In this document: positions 28,521-38,177 of the stretch, in pieces
Layout: every line of letters begins with the position of its first letter
Numbering within the stretch: the first letter of the stretch is position 1
DNA from: Actinomycetota bacterium
Lineage (GTDB): Bacteria; Actinomycetota; Actinomycetes; Actinomycetales; Microbacteriaceae
DNA length: 64,000 nucleotides
NCBI GenBank assembly: GCA_009923455.1
Contig: RFTL01000001.1
Coordinates: 1,559 to 65,558 of the forward strand
Direction: 5' to 3'
Made by a program: the position numbers and the translations under genes
Notes under the pieces: generated by a model
Told to the model about the DNA's origin: nothing
Databases searched by the model: none
Seen by the model: the letters and a program-made list of their open reading frames with translations, nothing else

Positions 28521-28628
28521 GTTGCCTCAACCGCTTCGGTGCATTAGTCTTTTCCGAGCAGCGGCGAGGGGTCCCAAGGGCCCGTAATCGACGGGGTCTT
28601 TTCCTCGCCATGGACTATTGAGGAAAAG

Positions 28629-29204
28629 ATGTCAGAAATCAAGATTGTCGCAACTCTTCGCGAGAACTTCGGTAAGGGTGCAGCTCGCAAGCTTCGCGCC
28701 GCAGGTCAGACTCCAGCCGTTATCTACGGTCACGGCAATGCAACCCGCCACATTTCACTACCAGCTCACGAGGTTCGTCTCGCGCTTCGCCACAAGAACG
28801 CACTCCTTGAGCTGAACCTAAGCGGCAAGACCGAGTTGGTTTTGGTCAAGAGCGCAGCCAAGGACCCAGTGACTCAGGTTATCGAGCACGTTGACCTGGT
28901 TGAGGTTCGTGCCGGTGAGAAGGTCCACGTTGAGGTTCCTGTTCACGTGATCGGTGAGCCTATGGGTGGAACCATCGTTGACCTAGAGCACAAGACCGTA
29001 AAGCTAGAGGCTGAGGCAACTCACGTTCCTGAGTTCGTAGAGCTACACATCTCCAAGGAGGCCCCAGCTGGTCACCACTACACCGCAAAGGACATCGTTT
29101 TGCCTAAGGGTGTAACGCTAGACCTGCCTGCCGGTGAGCTAGTGGCATCGGTGGTAGAGACCCAGGCTGGTGCTGCAGCTGAGACCGAGGCCGCTGCTGA
29201 GTAA
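28629..29204 (+). CDS. rplY: 50S ribosomal protein L25/general stress protein Ctc
   Basis: 191 aa. Contains GKGAARKLRAAGQTPAVIYGHG and an acidic tail. GAGGAAAAG precedes the ATG. Confidence 0.9.
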   Translation: MSEIKIVATLRENFGKGAARKLRAAGQTPAVIYGHGNATRHISLPAHEVRLALRHKNALLELNLSGKTELVLVKSAAKDPVTQVIEHVDLVEVRAGEKVHVEVPVHVIGEPMGGTIVDLEHKTVKLEAEATHVPEFVELHISKEAPAGHHYTAKDIVLPKGVTLDLPAGELVASVVETQAGAAAETEAAAE

Positions 29205-29748
29205 TTCGATTTATCTGATAGCTGGGCTCGGCAATCCCGGGCCCAGCTATCAGCACAATCGGCACAACATCGGTCACCAGGTGGTTGACGAGTTAGCAAA
29301 ACGCCTGGGAGCTCAGTTCAAAACCCACAAATCCATTGCCTTTATCGCTGAGGGCAAGCTTGGCTCAAACAAGATCGTGCTGCTAAAGAGCCTTGGATTT
29401 ATGAATCTTTCGGGTAACCCAGTTTCGGCGATTGCCAAGTTTTTCGATGTTCCAACTGCAAATCTGATTGTGGTTCACGATGAGCTTGATATTCCTTTTG
29501 GAGATATCAGGCTTAAGTTCTCTGGGGGTCACGCCGGTCACAACGGCCTTCGAGACATCATCAAATATCTTGGAAATGACTTCCACCGCGTTCGGTTCGG
29601 AATCGGAAGACCTCCAGGTTCTATGGAGGTAAGTGACTTCGTGCTGCAGAACTTCTCGAGCACTGAGAAGAAAGAGCTCGATGTCCTGGTGGCAATTGCC
29701 GCCGATCAGGTGGAAAAGCTGATTTCAGAGCTTAAAATTCTCGGGTGA
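29170..29748 (+). CDS. pth: peptidyl-tRNA hydrolase
   Basis: Has LIAGLGNPG..Y..NRHNIG, DELD and GHNGLRDI motifs. The start is uncertain; GTG 29170 overlaps the rplY end. Confidence 0.9.
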   Translation: MLQLRPRPLLSNSIYLIAGLGNPGPSYQHNRHNIGHQVVDELAKRLGAQFKTHKSIAFIAEGKLGSNKIVLLKSLGFMNLSGNPVSAIAKFFDVPTANLIVVHDELDIPFGDIRLKFSGGHAGHNGLRDIIKYLGNDFHRVRFGIGRPPGSMEVSDFVLQNFSSTEKKELDVLVAIAADQVEKLISELKILG

Positions 29749-32700
29749 CCCTCCGTCCCTTGATTGAAGAGGCGGCTAAGTCGCGCCCATTTCAGGAAAT
29801 CGACCTGAAATCAGCCAAAGCCATCGAGCTTTACGCGCCCCCAAAAACCCAACCGCTAGCCCTGGCGGCCATGCTCAAACGAGTCGGCCTGCACTTGGTA
29901 ATCGTGCCCTCAGGAAGGCAAGCGGGCGAGGTTGCGGCACTGGTAGCTCAGCTTCCCGGTGTAGAGCTGATTGAGCTTCCATCCTGGGAAACCCTGCCGC
30001 ATGAGCGCCTTTCGCCGGCTCCAGAGACAATAGGGCGAAGACTCAAAGCGCTGAATCGCATGCATCAGGTTGCATCGGGCACTGAGCACCCCGTGGTGGT
30101 ACTGGTTTCGATTCGAGCCGCTCTTCAACCGATCATCGGAGGCTTTGAGAAGCATCCGCCACTCACCCTAGAACGCAGCGGCGAATACCTGTTACCTGAG
30201 CTTGGTCTCAAGCTGATTGAGATGGCCTATGAACGAGTCGACATGGTCAGCCGACGTGGTGAGTTTGCCATCCGCGGTGGGATAGTGGATGTTTTTCCAA
30301 CCACCGCCGAGCACGCTTTGCGCCTTGAGTTTTTTGGCGATGAACTCGATGACATCCGCGAATTCTCGGTAGCTGATCAGCGCTCAATCCCATCGAATAT
30401 CGATTCGATTGAGCTTTACCCAGCAAGAGAACTGCTGATTACACCAACTGTCGCCCAACGGGCTCGGGAAATGGTCGCGGAGTTTCCTAATCTGTCGGAG
30501 CTACTAGAGAAGATCTCCAATGGCATGCCAGCCAGTGGAATGGAGTCACTCGCACCGGTGCTGGCAGATCGAATGGGTCCGCTCAGTGATTACTTCCCAA
30601 AGGATGCCGCGGTTTATCTGGTTGATCCGCAGAAGCTTCGAGCACGTGCCGAGAATTTGGTTCAGACCAATCAAGAGTTTTTGCATGCCGCTTGGGATGC
30701 GGCCATCGAAGGATCTCAAGCGCCGATCGATCTCTCCTCGGGTGGCTTCTTGGAATTCGATCAGCTGCTAGACCTAATCAAACAGCCCAAGATTTCAATC
30801 ACCGCACTTCCCACTGAGCAAAGTCTCGATCTTGGTATTCGCGAGATTCCAAGACACACTCTCGAAGAGAGCCTGGATTGGATATCGCAACAGCAAGCCG
30901 CTGGATCAAAAATCGTAGTGGTTGCTCAGGGGCACGGCACTGCCGAGCGAATGGTCGAGCTTTTGCAAAAGGCTCAGGTGCCGGTGATTTTGAGCGAGTA
31001 TCTGGGTAATCCAGATTCAGCTCACGTAACCATTGTGGTTGGTGACCTAGCAAACGGCTTTGCCCTCGGCTCTAACGAATTGGTCGTGATTTCCGAAGCT
31101 GAGTTTTTTGGTTCGGCAGCGAGTTATGTTGCAAAATCCGATCGAAAACTGGCTCGTCGTCGCGGTCAACAGGTTGATCCCCTCCAGCTAAAGCCAGGAG
31201 ACTTCGTGGTCCATGAGGTCCACGGCATTGGCAGATTTAAGGAGCTCGTCCAGCGCGCAAATGGTGCCGGCTCTCGCCAGCACACCAGGGAATATCTGGT
31301 CATCGAATACGCCCCACCAAAGCGTGGATATCCAGCAGATACCCTCTTTGTCCCCACTGATCAGCTCGATATGCTCACCAAATACGTCGGGGGAGAAGCC
31401 CCTGCACTCTCCAAGATGGGCGGCACAGACTGGGCTCGAGTCAAGGGCAATGCTCGCAAGGCAGTTCGAAAGATTGCGGTCGATCTGGTGAAGCTCTACT
31501 CGGCAAGAATGAAATCCCAGGGTCACGCCTTTGGCCCAGATACGCCCTGGCAGCATGAGCTCGAGGAAGCCTTCAGTTTCCAAGAGACTCCGGATCAGCT
31601 AAACACCATCGAAGAGGTGAAGCGGGATATGGAAAAGCCAATCCCGATGGACCGACTCTTGGCTGGTGATGTGGGTTATGGCAAGACTGAGGTTGCAGTT
31701 AGGGCGGCATTCAAGGCGATCCAAGACGGCAAGCAGGTTGCGATGCTGGTGCCGACAACGCTATTGGTGAGACAGCACTTCCAAACTTTTCAGCAGCGCT
31801 ACCAGGGATTTCCGGTCAACATCAAGGCGCTCTCAAGATTCCAATCCGACAAGGAGGCCAAGGAGACGCTTCGCGGATTGGAGTCAGGTGCTGTCGATCT
31901 GGTAATTGGAACCCATCGCCTGCTTGCCAACGGTGTGAAGTTCAAGGATTTGGGTCTTGTAATCATCGACGAAGAGCAGCGCTTTGGTGTTGAGCACAAA
32001 GAAAAACTCAAAGAGCTCAAAACCAACGTTGATGTGCTGGCGATGAGCGCCACTCCGATTCCACGAACACTGGAGATGGCAGTCACAGGGATTAGAGAAA
32101 TGTCGACACTGGCAACCCCTCCAGAGGAGCGCCACCCAATCCTCACCTATATCGGTTCCTATTCTGAGGCTCAGGTTGCAGCTGCGATTCGAAGAGAGTT
32201 GATCCGTGAGGGTCAGGTCTTTTTTGTCCACAATCGGGTGTCAACCATCGATAAGGTGGCTGCTGATCTAGCCCAGTTGGTCCCGGAGGCAAGAATCGCG
32301 GTTGCCCACGGTCAGATGCCGGAACAGCAACTTGAGCAGATTGTGGTTGATTTCTGGGAGCGGAAATTTGATGTGTTGGTCTCCACCACAATCATCGAAA
32401 CCGGAATTGACATTCCCAATGCAAACACCTTGATAGTCGATCGAGCCGAGCACTTTGGACTTTCTCAGCTGCATCAGATTCGAGGGCGTGTTGGTCGATC
32501 CAGAGAACGCGCTTACGCCTACTTCTTCTATGATCCGAGTAAGACTCTCAGTGAGGTTGCTCACGACCGACTCGCAACCATCGCTACCAATAATGAACTT
32601 GGCAGCGGCATGCAGGTTGCCATGAAGGACCTTGAGATTCGCGGAGCAGGAAACCTGCTCGGCGGAGAACAATCCGGGCACATCGCCGGTGTTGGTTTTG

Positions 32701-33230
32701 ACCTCTACCTTCGAATGATCGGTGAGGCAGTTGCCGAGTTTAAGGGTGAAGATATCTCCTCACCGGCTGAGCTAAAGCTTGAGCTGCCGGTTGATGCTCA
32801 CATCCCGAGTGCTTATGTCGATTCTGAGCGACTTCGACTCGAGGCCTATCACAAGCTATCCGCCGAGTCATCGGCGAAGAGTGACCGGGGTCGGCTGGAT
32901 GCGATTTTGGCTGAGATTGAAGATCGCTATGGCAAAGCTCCGCAAAGCGTTAAAAACCTGATTGAGGTGACTCACCTGCGGCAACAAGCCAATCGCTTTG
33001 GATTGAAAGATGTAAATCTTTTGGGTTTGCAAGCGAAGTTCTCGCCGGTGGAGCTGACTGAGACCGAATTGGTGGCGCTGAGTCATAAATTGCCTGGACT
33101 GCGTTATCTGCAAAGCTCAAAGTTACTAACTATGCCGGCACCAACTTCTGCGGATCTAGAGCCACTTCGTGACGCTGAGGTGATTGACTGGCTCTGGAAA
33201 ATGTTCGCACTTATCTACCAAGGGAAATAA
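29745..33230 (+). CDS. mfd: transcription-repair coupling factor
   Basis: 1161 aa. Has a UvrB-homology N-terminus, the helicase motifs GDVGYGKTEVA and DEEQRFG, and a TRG motif region. Confidence 0.95.
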   Translation: MTLRPLIEEAAKSRPFQEIDLKSAKAIELYAPPKTQPLALAAMLKRVGLHLVIVPSGRQAGEVAALVAQLPGVELIELPSWETLPHERLSPAPETIGRRLKALNRMHQVASGTEHPVVVLVSIRAALQPIIGGFEKHPPLTLERSGEYLLPELGLKLIEMAYERVDMVSRRGEFAIRGGIVDVFPTTAEHALRLEFFGDELDDIREFSVADQRSIPSNIDSIELYPARELLITPTVAQRAREMVAEFPNLSELLEKISNGMPASGMESLAPVLADRMGPLSDYFPKDAAVYLVDPQKLRARAENLVQTNQEFLHAAWDAAIEGSQAPIDLSSGGFLEFDQLLDLIKQPKISITALPTEQSLDLGIREIPRHTLEESLDWISQQQAAGSKIVVVAQGHGTAERMVELLQKAQVPVILSEYLGNPDSAHVTIVVGDLANGFALGSNELVVISEAEFFGSAASYVAKSDRKLARRRGQQVDPLQLKPGDFVVHEVHGIGRFKELVQRANGAGSRQHTREYLVIEYAPPKRGYPADTLFVPTDQLDMLTKYVGGEAPALSKMGGTDWARVKGNARKAVRKIAVDLVKLYSARMKSQGHAFGPDTPWQHELEEAFSFQETPDQLNTIEEVKRDMEKPIPMDRLLAGDVGYGKTEVAVRAAFKAIQDGKQVAMLVPTTLLVRQHFQTFQQRYQGFPVNIKALSRFQSDKEAKETLRGLESGAVDLVIGTHRLLANGVKFKDLGLVIIDEEQRFGVEHKEKLKELKTNVDVLAMSATPIPRTLEMAVTGIREMSTLATPPEERHPILTYIGSYSEAQVAAAIRRELIREGQVFFVHNRVSTIDKVAADLAQLVPEARIAVAHGQMPEQQLEQIVVDFWERKFDVLVSTTIIETGIDIPNANTLIVDRAEHFGLSQLHQIRGRVGRSRERAYAYFFYDPSKTLSEVAHDRLATIATNNELGSGMQVAMKDLEIRGAGNLLGGEQSGHIAGVGFDLYLRMIGEAVAEFKGEDISSPAELKLELPVDAHIPSAYVDSERLRLEAYHKLSAESSAKSDRGRLDAILAEIEDRYGKAPQSVKNLIEVTHLRQQANRFGLKDVNLLGLQAKFSPVELTETELVALSHKLPGLRYLQSSKLLTMPAPTSADLEPLRDAEVIDWLWKMFALIYQGK

Positions 33231-33923
33231 ATGCAGAAGCTACAAAGCTTGATCGCCACTGCCCATCAACTTAGGGCCCCCGGTGGCTGTGCCTGGGATG
33301 CCGAACAGACCCATCGCTCGCTGATTCAATACCTCATCGAGGAAACCCATGAACTCATCGATGCCATCGAAGCCGGCACCAGAGAAGAGGTAATCGAGGA
33401 ATTAGGCGATGTTCTTTACCAGGTGATCTTCCACTCAGATCTGGGGTCAACCGGGACATTTGGTGAACCTTTTGATTTAGAAGACGTGGCTGAGTTCATG
33501 GAGCAGAAGATGCGCTCTCGCCACCCTCACGTCTTTGGAAGCGCTGAAGAGCAGGAGCAATTTAGAGCTCAAACTGGCGACGAGGTTATGCAGAACTGGG
33601 ACAACCACAAGAAAAAAGAAAAACCCGGTAGAACCTCGGTATTAGATGGCATCCCGCAGGGCATGCCTGCACTAGCTCTTGCAAGCAAAGTCATGGGCAA
33701 GGCGCAGAAACTCGGCATGTTAGACCTCGAGGAGCCAAGTATTCCGCTTGGTAGCGAAGCAGAGCTTGGAAAGTTGCTGCTAGCTGTTGTTCAATCAGCG
33801 AAAGCGCAAGGCCTTGATGCCGAGCGAGCACTTCGAGAAGCAACGAGAGAGCTGCAGGTTGAAATCAGAAGCTATGAGCTTTCCGATGCCACCGATGCTG
33901 GGGTGATTGGAAGGGCGGACTAG
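33231..33923 (+). CDS. mazG: MazG-family nucleoside triphosphate pyrophosphohydrolase
   Basis: 230 aa. Contains CAWDAEQTHRSL..YLIEETHELIDAIE and EELGDVLYQV (EExxE/D motifs). Follows mfd as in Rv1020-Rv1021. Confidence 0.85.
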   Translation: MQKLQSLIATAHQLRAPGGCAWDAEQTHRSLIQYLIEETHELIDAIEAGTREEVIEELGDVLYQVIFHSDLGSTGTFGEPFDLEDVAEFMEQKMRSRHPHVFGSAEEQEQFRAQTGDEVMQNWDNHKKKEKPGRTSVLDGIPQGMPALALASKVMGKAQKLGMLDLEEPSIPLGSEAELGKLLLAVVQSAKAQGLDAERALREATRELQVEIRSYELSDATDAGVIGRAD

Positions 33924-34510
33924 TTCACTTCCGCAAAGATCTGCTCAAACTGCGCGAAGGACTCATCAAGAACTTCTGAAGGGTGACGAGGGTCATCGGT
34001 TTCTGCCCACCAGGTTAGAACCGACACAGACGCTGCCATCAGCGCTGAGGAGATCATCTTGGCTCGAACGCCAGCACCCTCGCGCTGGGCAATGTAATGC
34101 TCGAGCACTTTTCTAGACAGCTCCAGCTGTCCGGCTCCCCAGCCATAAACCTCGGGGGAAGAGGCAATTAACTTCAGTCTTAGCCGAACGGTTTCAAGCG
34201 AGTTATCGATGATGTGCATCGCATCAACCCAAGACTTGTGGAGCGTCCTAACCAGCGAGGTCTCGGTTGAGTTCTCAAGAGCATGAGTAAGTGCGGCATT
34301 GAAACGCTCCACCCCACCCCAAACCACTGCGGCTTTAGAGGGAAAGACTCGGAACAGATTCGATCTAGAGATACCTGCGGCAATCGCAACATCATCCATG
34401 GTGACTTTGTCGATGCCCTTTTCGACAAAAAGTCGAAGCGCGGTCAATCCAACCTCCACCGGATCGGTAGTGACCGGTCTTCCACGTCCGCGCTTGGCTT
34501 CGGATGACAT
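33920..34510 (-). CDS. TetR/AcrR-family transcriptional regulator
   Basis: 196 aa. The N-terminal HTH is ALRLFVEKGIDKVTMDDVAIAAGISRSNLFRVFPSK. Confidence 0.85.
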   Translation of the reverse strand: MSSEAKRGRGRPVTTDPVEVGLTALRLFVEKGIDKVTMDDVAIAAGISRSNLFRVFPSKAAVVWGGVERFNAALTHALENSTETSLVRTLHKSWVDAMHIIDNSLETVRLRLKLIASSPEVYGWGAGQLELSRKVLEHYIAQREGAGVRAKMISSALMAASVSVLTWWAETDDPRHPSEVLDESFAQFEQIFAEVN

Positions 34511-34578
34511 GGCAAAACACTAGCAACCAAAAACCCGATTACACAGGGTTGTTTCTTGGTTCATGAGAAACTATCCAA

Positions 34579-35757
34579 ATGGCCCAGCAGATAAATGCAC
34601 CGCGCGGAATGAGAGATTTTCTGCCGGTTGAAAAAGCCAAGCGGGAAGAGCTGATTCAAAAGGCCAAAGCTGCCTACCTGGCTCGGGGTTTTCAAGAGAT
34701 TGAAACTCCAATCTTGGAAGATCTCAATCGCCTGCAATCTGGCCAGGGCGGCGACAATGAAAAACTTGTTTTCAAAGTTCAAAAACGCGGCGAGGAGTTC
34801 ACCGAAGCCCTCGCTCAAGGCGCGGAGCTGGCTGATCTGGGCCTCAGATTTGATCTCACCGTTCCGCTAACTAGGTACTTCGCATCAAACCAGGGAAAAC
34901 TACCTAGGGTTCTAAAGGCGATTCAAACTGGTCCCGTATTTCGGGCTGAGAGACCGCAGAAGGGGCGCTATCGCCAGTTCATTCAGTGCGATATCGACAT
35001 TATTGGCGAAGATTCAATGCTGGCGGAATTTGAGCTCATTTCTGCCTCGCTTGCTGCCCTGGAGGCCATGGGGGTTAGTGGAGCAACGATCAGGGTCAAT
35101 CACCGGGAGCTACTTTTAAAGTCGATCGCCGACCTAGGGGTTAGCCCAGCTGATGCACTAAGCGCCATGATCTCGATAGACAAACTGGACAAAATTGGTA
35201 TCGACGGAGTCTGCGAGGAGCTGGGAGAGAAGTTTGGGGCTGAAGTTGCCAAGCAGGCTGCGAGCTGGCTTTCTAGCCTCTCCGCACTGGATACTCCTGA
35301 GCAGTTAAAGAGCTTGTTTGAGACCTTTGGCAAAAAACTTCGATATGACCCAACCCTGGTTCGAGGTATGGGGTATTACACGGGAACCATTTTCGAGATT
35401 GAGCATCCACACAGCAGCTCTTCAATCGGCGGTGGCGGTCGCTATGACGGCATGGTCGGCAAGTGGTTAGGTGTCAATGTTCCTGCGGTTGGAATCTCTT
35501 TGGGCATCGAGCGAATTGTCGATCTGGTGCCTGATACCAGACCTCAAACCCCAGCTCTGGTTCTGCTGGTCTCTGAGGAGCAGTCCTATGCAATGGCGCT
35601 TCAGGCTCAGCAGGGTTTGCTCGCTAACTGGCGAGTGCGCATTGATCGCAAGCCTAAAAACGTAAAGGCTTTGCTGACCGAACTTTCTGAGCAGGGCTTT
35701 AGCCACTTCGCATTTTTAGGCGAATCTGGTGAAGTTGATATCAAGCCAATCAGCTAA
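34579..35757 (+). CDS. histidyl-tRNA synthetase-like class II aaRS (eukaryote/archaea-like type)
   Basis: 392 aa. Has APRGMRDFLP, LRFDLTVPLTRYFA, motif 2 FRAERPQKGRYRQFIQCDIDIIG, RGMGYYTGTIFE, motif 3 GGGRYDGMV and a C-terminal anticodon-binding-like domain. Confidence 0.75.
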   Translation: MAQQINAPRGMRDFLPVEKAKREELIQKAKAAYLARGFQEIETPILEDLNRLQSGQGGDNEKLVFKVQKRGEEFTEALAQGAELADLGLRFDLTVPLTRYFASNQGKLPRVLKAIQTGPVFRAERPQKGRYRQFIQCDIDIIGEDSMLAEFELISASLAALEAMGVSGATIRVNHRELLLKSIADLGVSPADALSAMISIDKLDKIGIDGVCEELGEKFGAEVAKQAASWLSSLSALDTPEQLKSLFETFGKKLRYDPTLVRGMGYYTGTIFEIEHPHSSSSIGGGGRYDGMVGKWLGVNVPAVGISLGIERIVDLVPDTRPQTPALVLLVSEEQSYAMALQAQQGLLANWRVRIDRKPKNVKALLTELSEQGFSHFAFLGESGEVDIKPIS

Positions 35758-35773
35758 GTAGATAGACTCTTAG

Positions 35774-37126
<1,353 letters not shown>

Positions 37127-37138
37127 GAATTAGCTGAC

Positions 37139-37177
37139 AGCCCGAGTGGGGTTTTCACCTCACTCGGGCTTTCTCTT
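37139..37177 (+). terminator. rho-independent terminator after eno
   Basis: 10-bp stem AGCCCGAGTG / CACTCGGGCT followed by TTCTCTT. Confidence 0.6.
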
Positions 37178-37191
37178 AAACTGAAGCTCTA

Positions 37192-37698
37192 ATGCCACAA
37201 AGACCTCCGCAGCCAAAAGTGCCTGTTGCTCTATCCCAGGGCAAGCTTTTGGCACGCATGCTAAAGCTGAACAGCGTCTCAGTGAGTGTGATTGCGGTCA
37301 TTGTTCTGGGAACTTTCTTGGTCTCCCAAGATGTGCAGACCTATTTGGATCAAAGGCGTCAGATCACCGAGATGGAGCAATCCATCAAGTTGGCTGAGCA
37401 GGCGGTTGCCGATATTATGCAGGCCGAGCGAGATCGCTGGCAGGATCCGGTTTACATTCGCTCCCAGGCCAGGGACCGCCTGTATTACGTCTTGCCTGGT
37501 GAAGTTTCCTATCTGGTGATGAACTCCGACGGTATGGACTTCTCCGATACTTCGGGAACTTTGGGTGCTGTGTTGGCGGATAAGCGAAATGCAGACGAGA
37601 TAAGTCTTGAGGCCAAAGCCGCCCGTGAGAACTGGGTGGACTCGATTGTGGAGTCAGTGCTGCGCTCAGCCCTGGACACCGGGGTCAAAGAAAAGTGA
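37192..37698 (+). CDS. septum formation initiator family protein (FtsB/DivIC-like, Rv1024-like)
   Basis: 168 aa with a single TM helix, then a coiled coil and the ..DPVYIRSQARDRLYYVLPGE motif. Confidence 0.8.
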   Translation: MPQRPPQPKVPVALSQGKLLARMLKLNSVSVSVIAVIVLGTFLVSQDVQTYLDQRRQITEMEQSIKLAEQAVADIMQAERDRWQDPVYIRSQARDRLYYVLPGEVSYLVMNSDGMDFSDTSGTLGAVLADKRNADEISLEAKAARENWVDSIVESVLRSALDTGVKEK

Positions 37699-38177
37699 GT
37701 GTTTCTCAGGAAGATATTGCTGAGGTTTCAAGGCAGCTCGGTAGGCCCGCAAGAGACATACTTGATGTTGCCGCCAGATGTGTCTGTGGCAGAGCACTGG
37801 TGGTGAAGACCAAGCCCAGATTGGGAAATGGAACCCCGTTCCCCACCCTCTACTACTTGACGCAACCGGCAGCCACCGCCGCAGTTTCAACGCTTGAAGC
37901 ATCTGGTGTGATGGCTAGATACCAAGCTCTTTTGGCCGAGGATGAAGCTATTGCGAGGCAGTATCAGAAAGCTCATGAGAGCTATCTAGCAGAGCGCGAA
38001 GCCATCGAAGATGTTGAGGAAATCAAGGACTTTTCTGCCGGTGGAATGCCAACCAGGGTCAAGTGTCTGCATGCTTTAGTTGGTCACTCATTGGCTAAGG
38101 GTCCAGGAGTCAATCCGATAGGGGATTTGGCGCTGAGTGAACTTAGCTGGTCACCTAGCAGGTGTGAGTGCGTCTAG
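37695..38177 (+). CDS. DUF501 domain protein (Rv1025-like)
   Basis: 160 aa. Contains PFPTLYYLT and KCLHALV. Overlaps the ftsB-like stop by 4 nt, matching the conserved synteny. Confidence 0.8.
   Translation: MSVSQEDIAEVSRQLGRPARDILDVAARCVCGRALVVKTKPRLGNGTPFPTLYYLTQPAATAAVSTLEASGVMARYQALLAEDEAIARQYQKAHESYLAEREAIEDVEEIKDFSAGGMPTRVKCLHALVGHSLAKGPGVNPIGDLALSELSWSPSRCECV

Noticed and set aside
28392-28621. ORF-track C-terminal extension of prs (…IADYPGEGVCLTDRAIDCPADCQGNRC… to 28621)
   Set aside because: It has no similarity to Prs, whereas the +1 frame encodes the conserved C-terminus exactly. I treat it as the out-of-frame consequence of the 1-nt indel.
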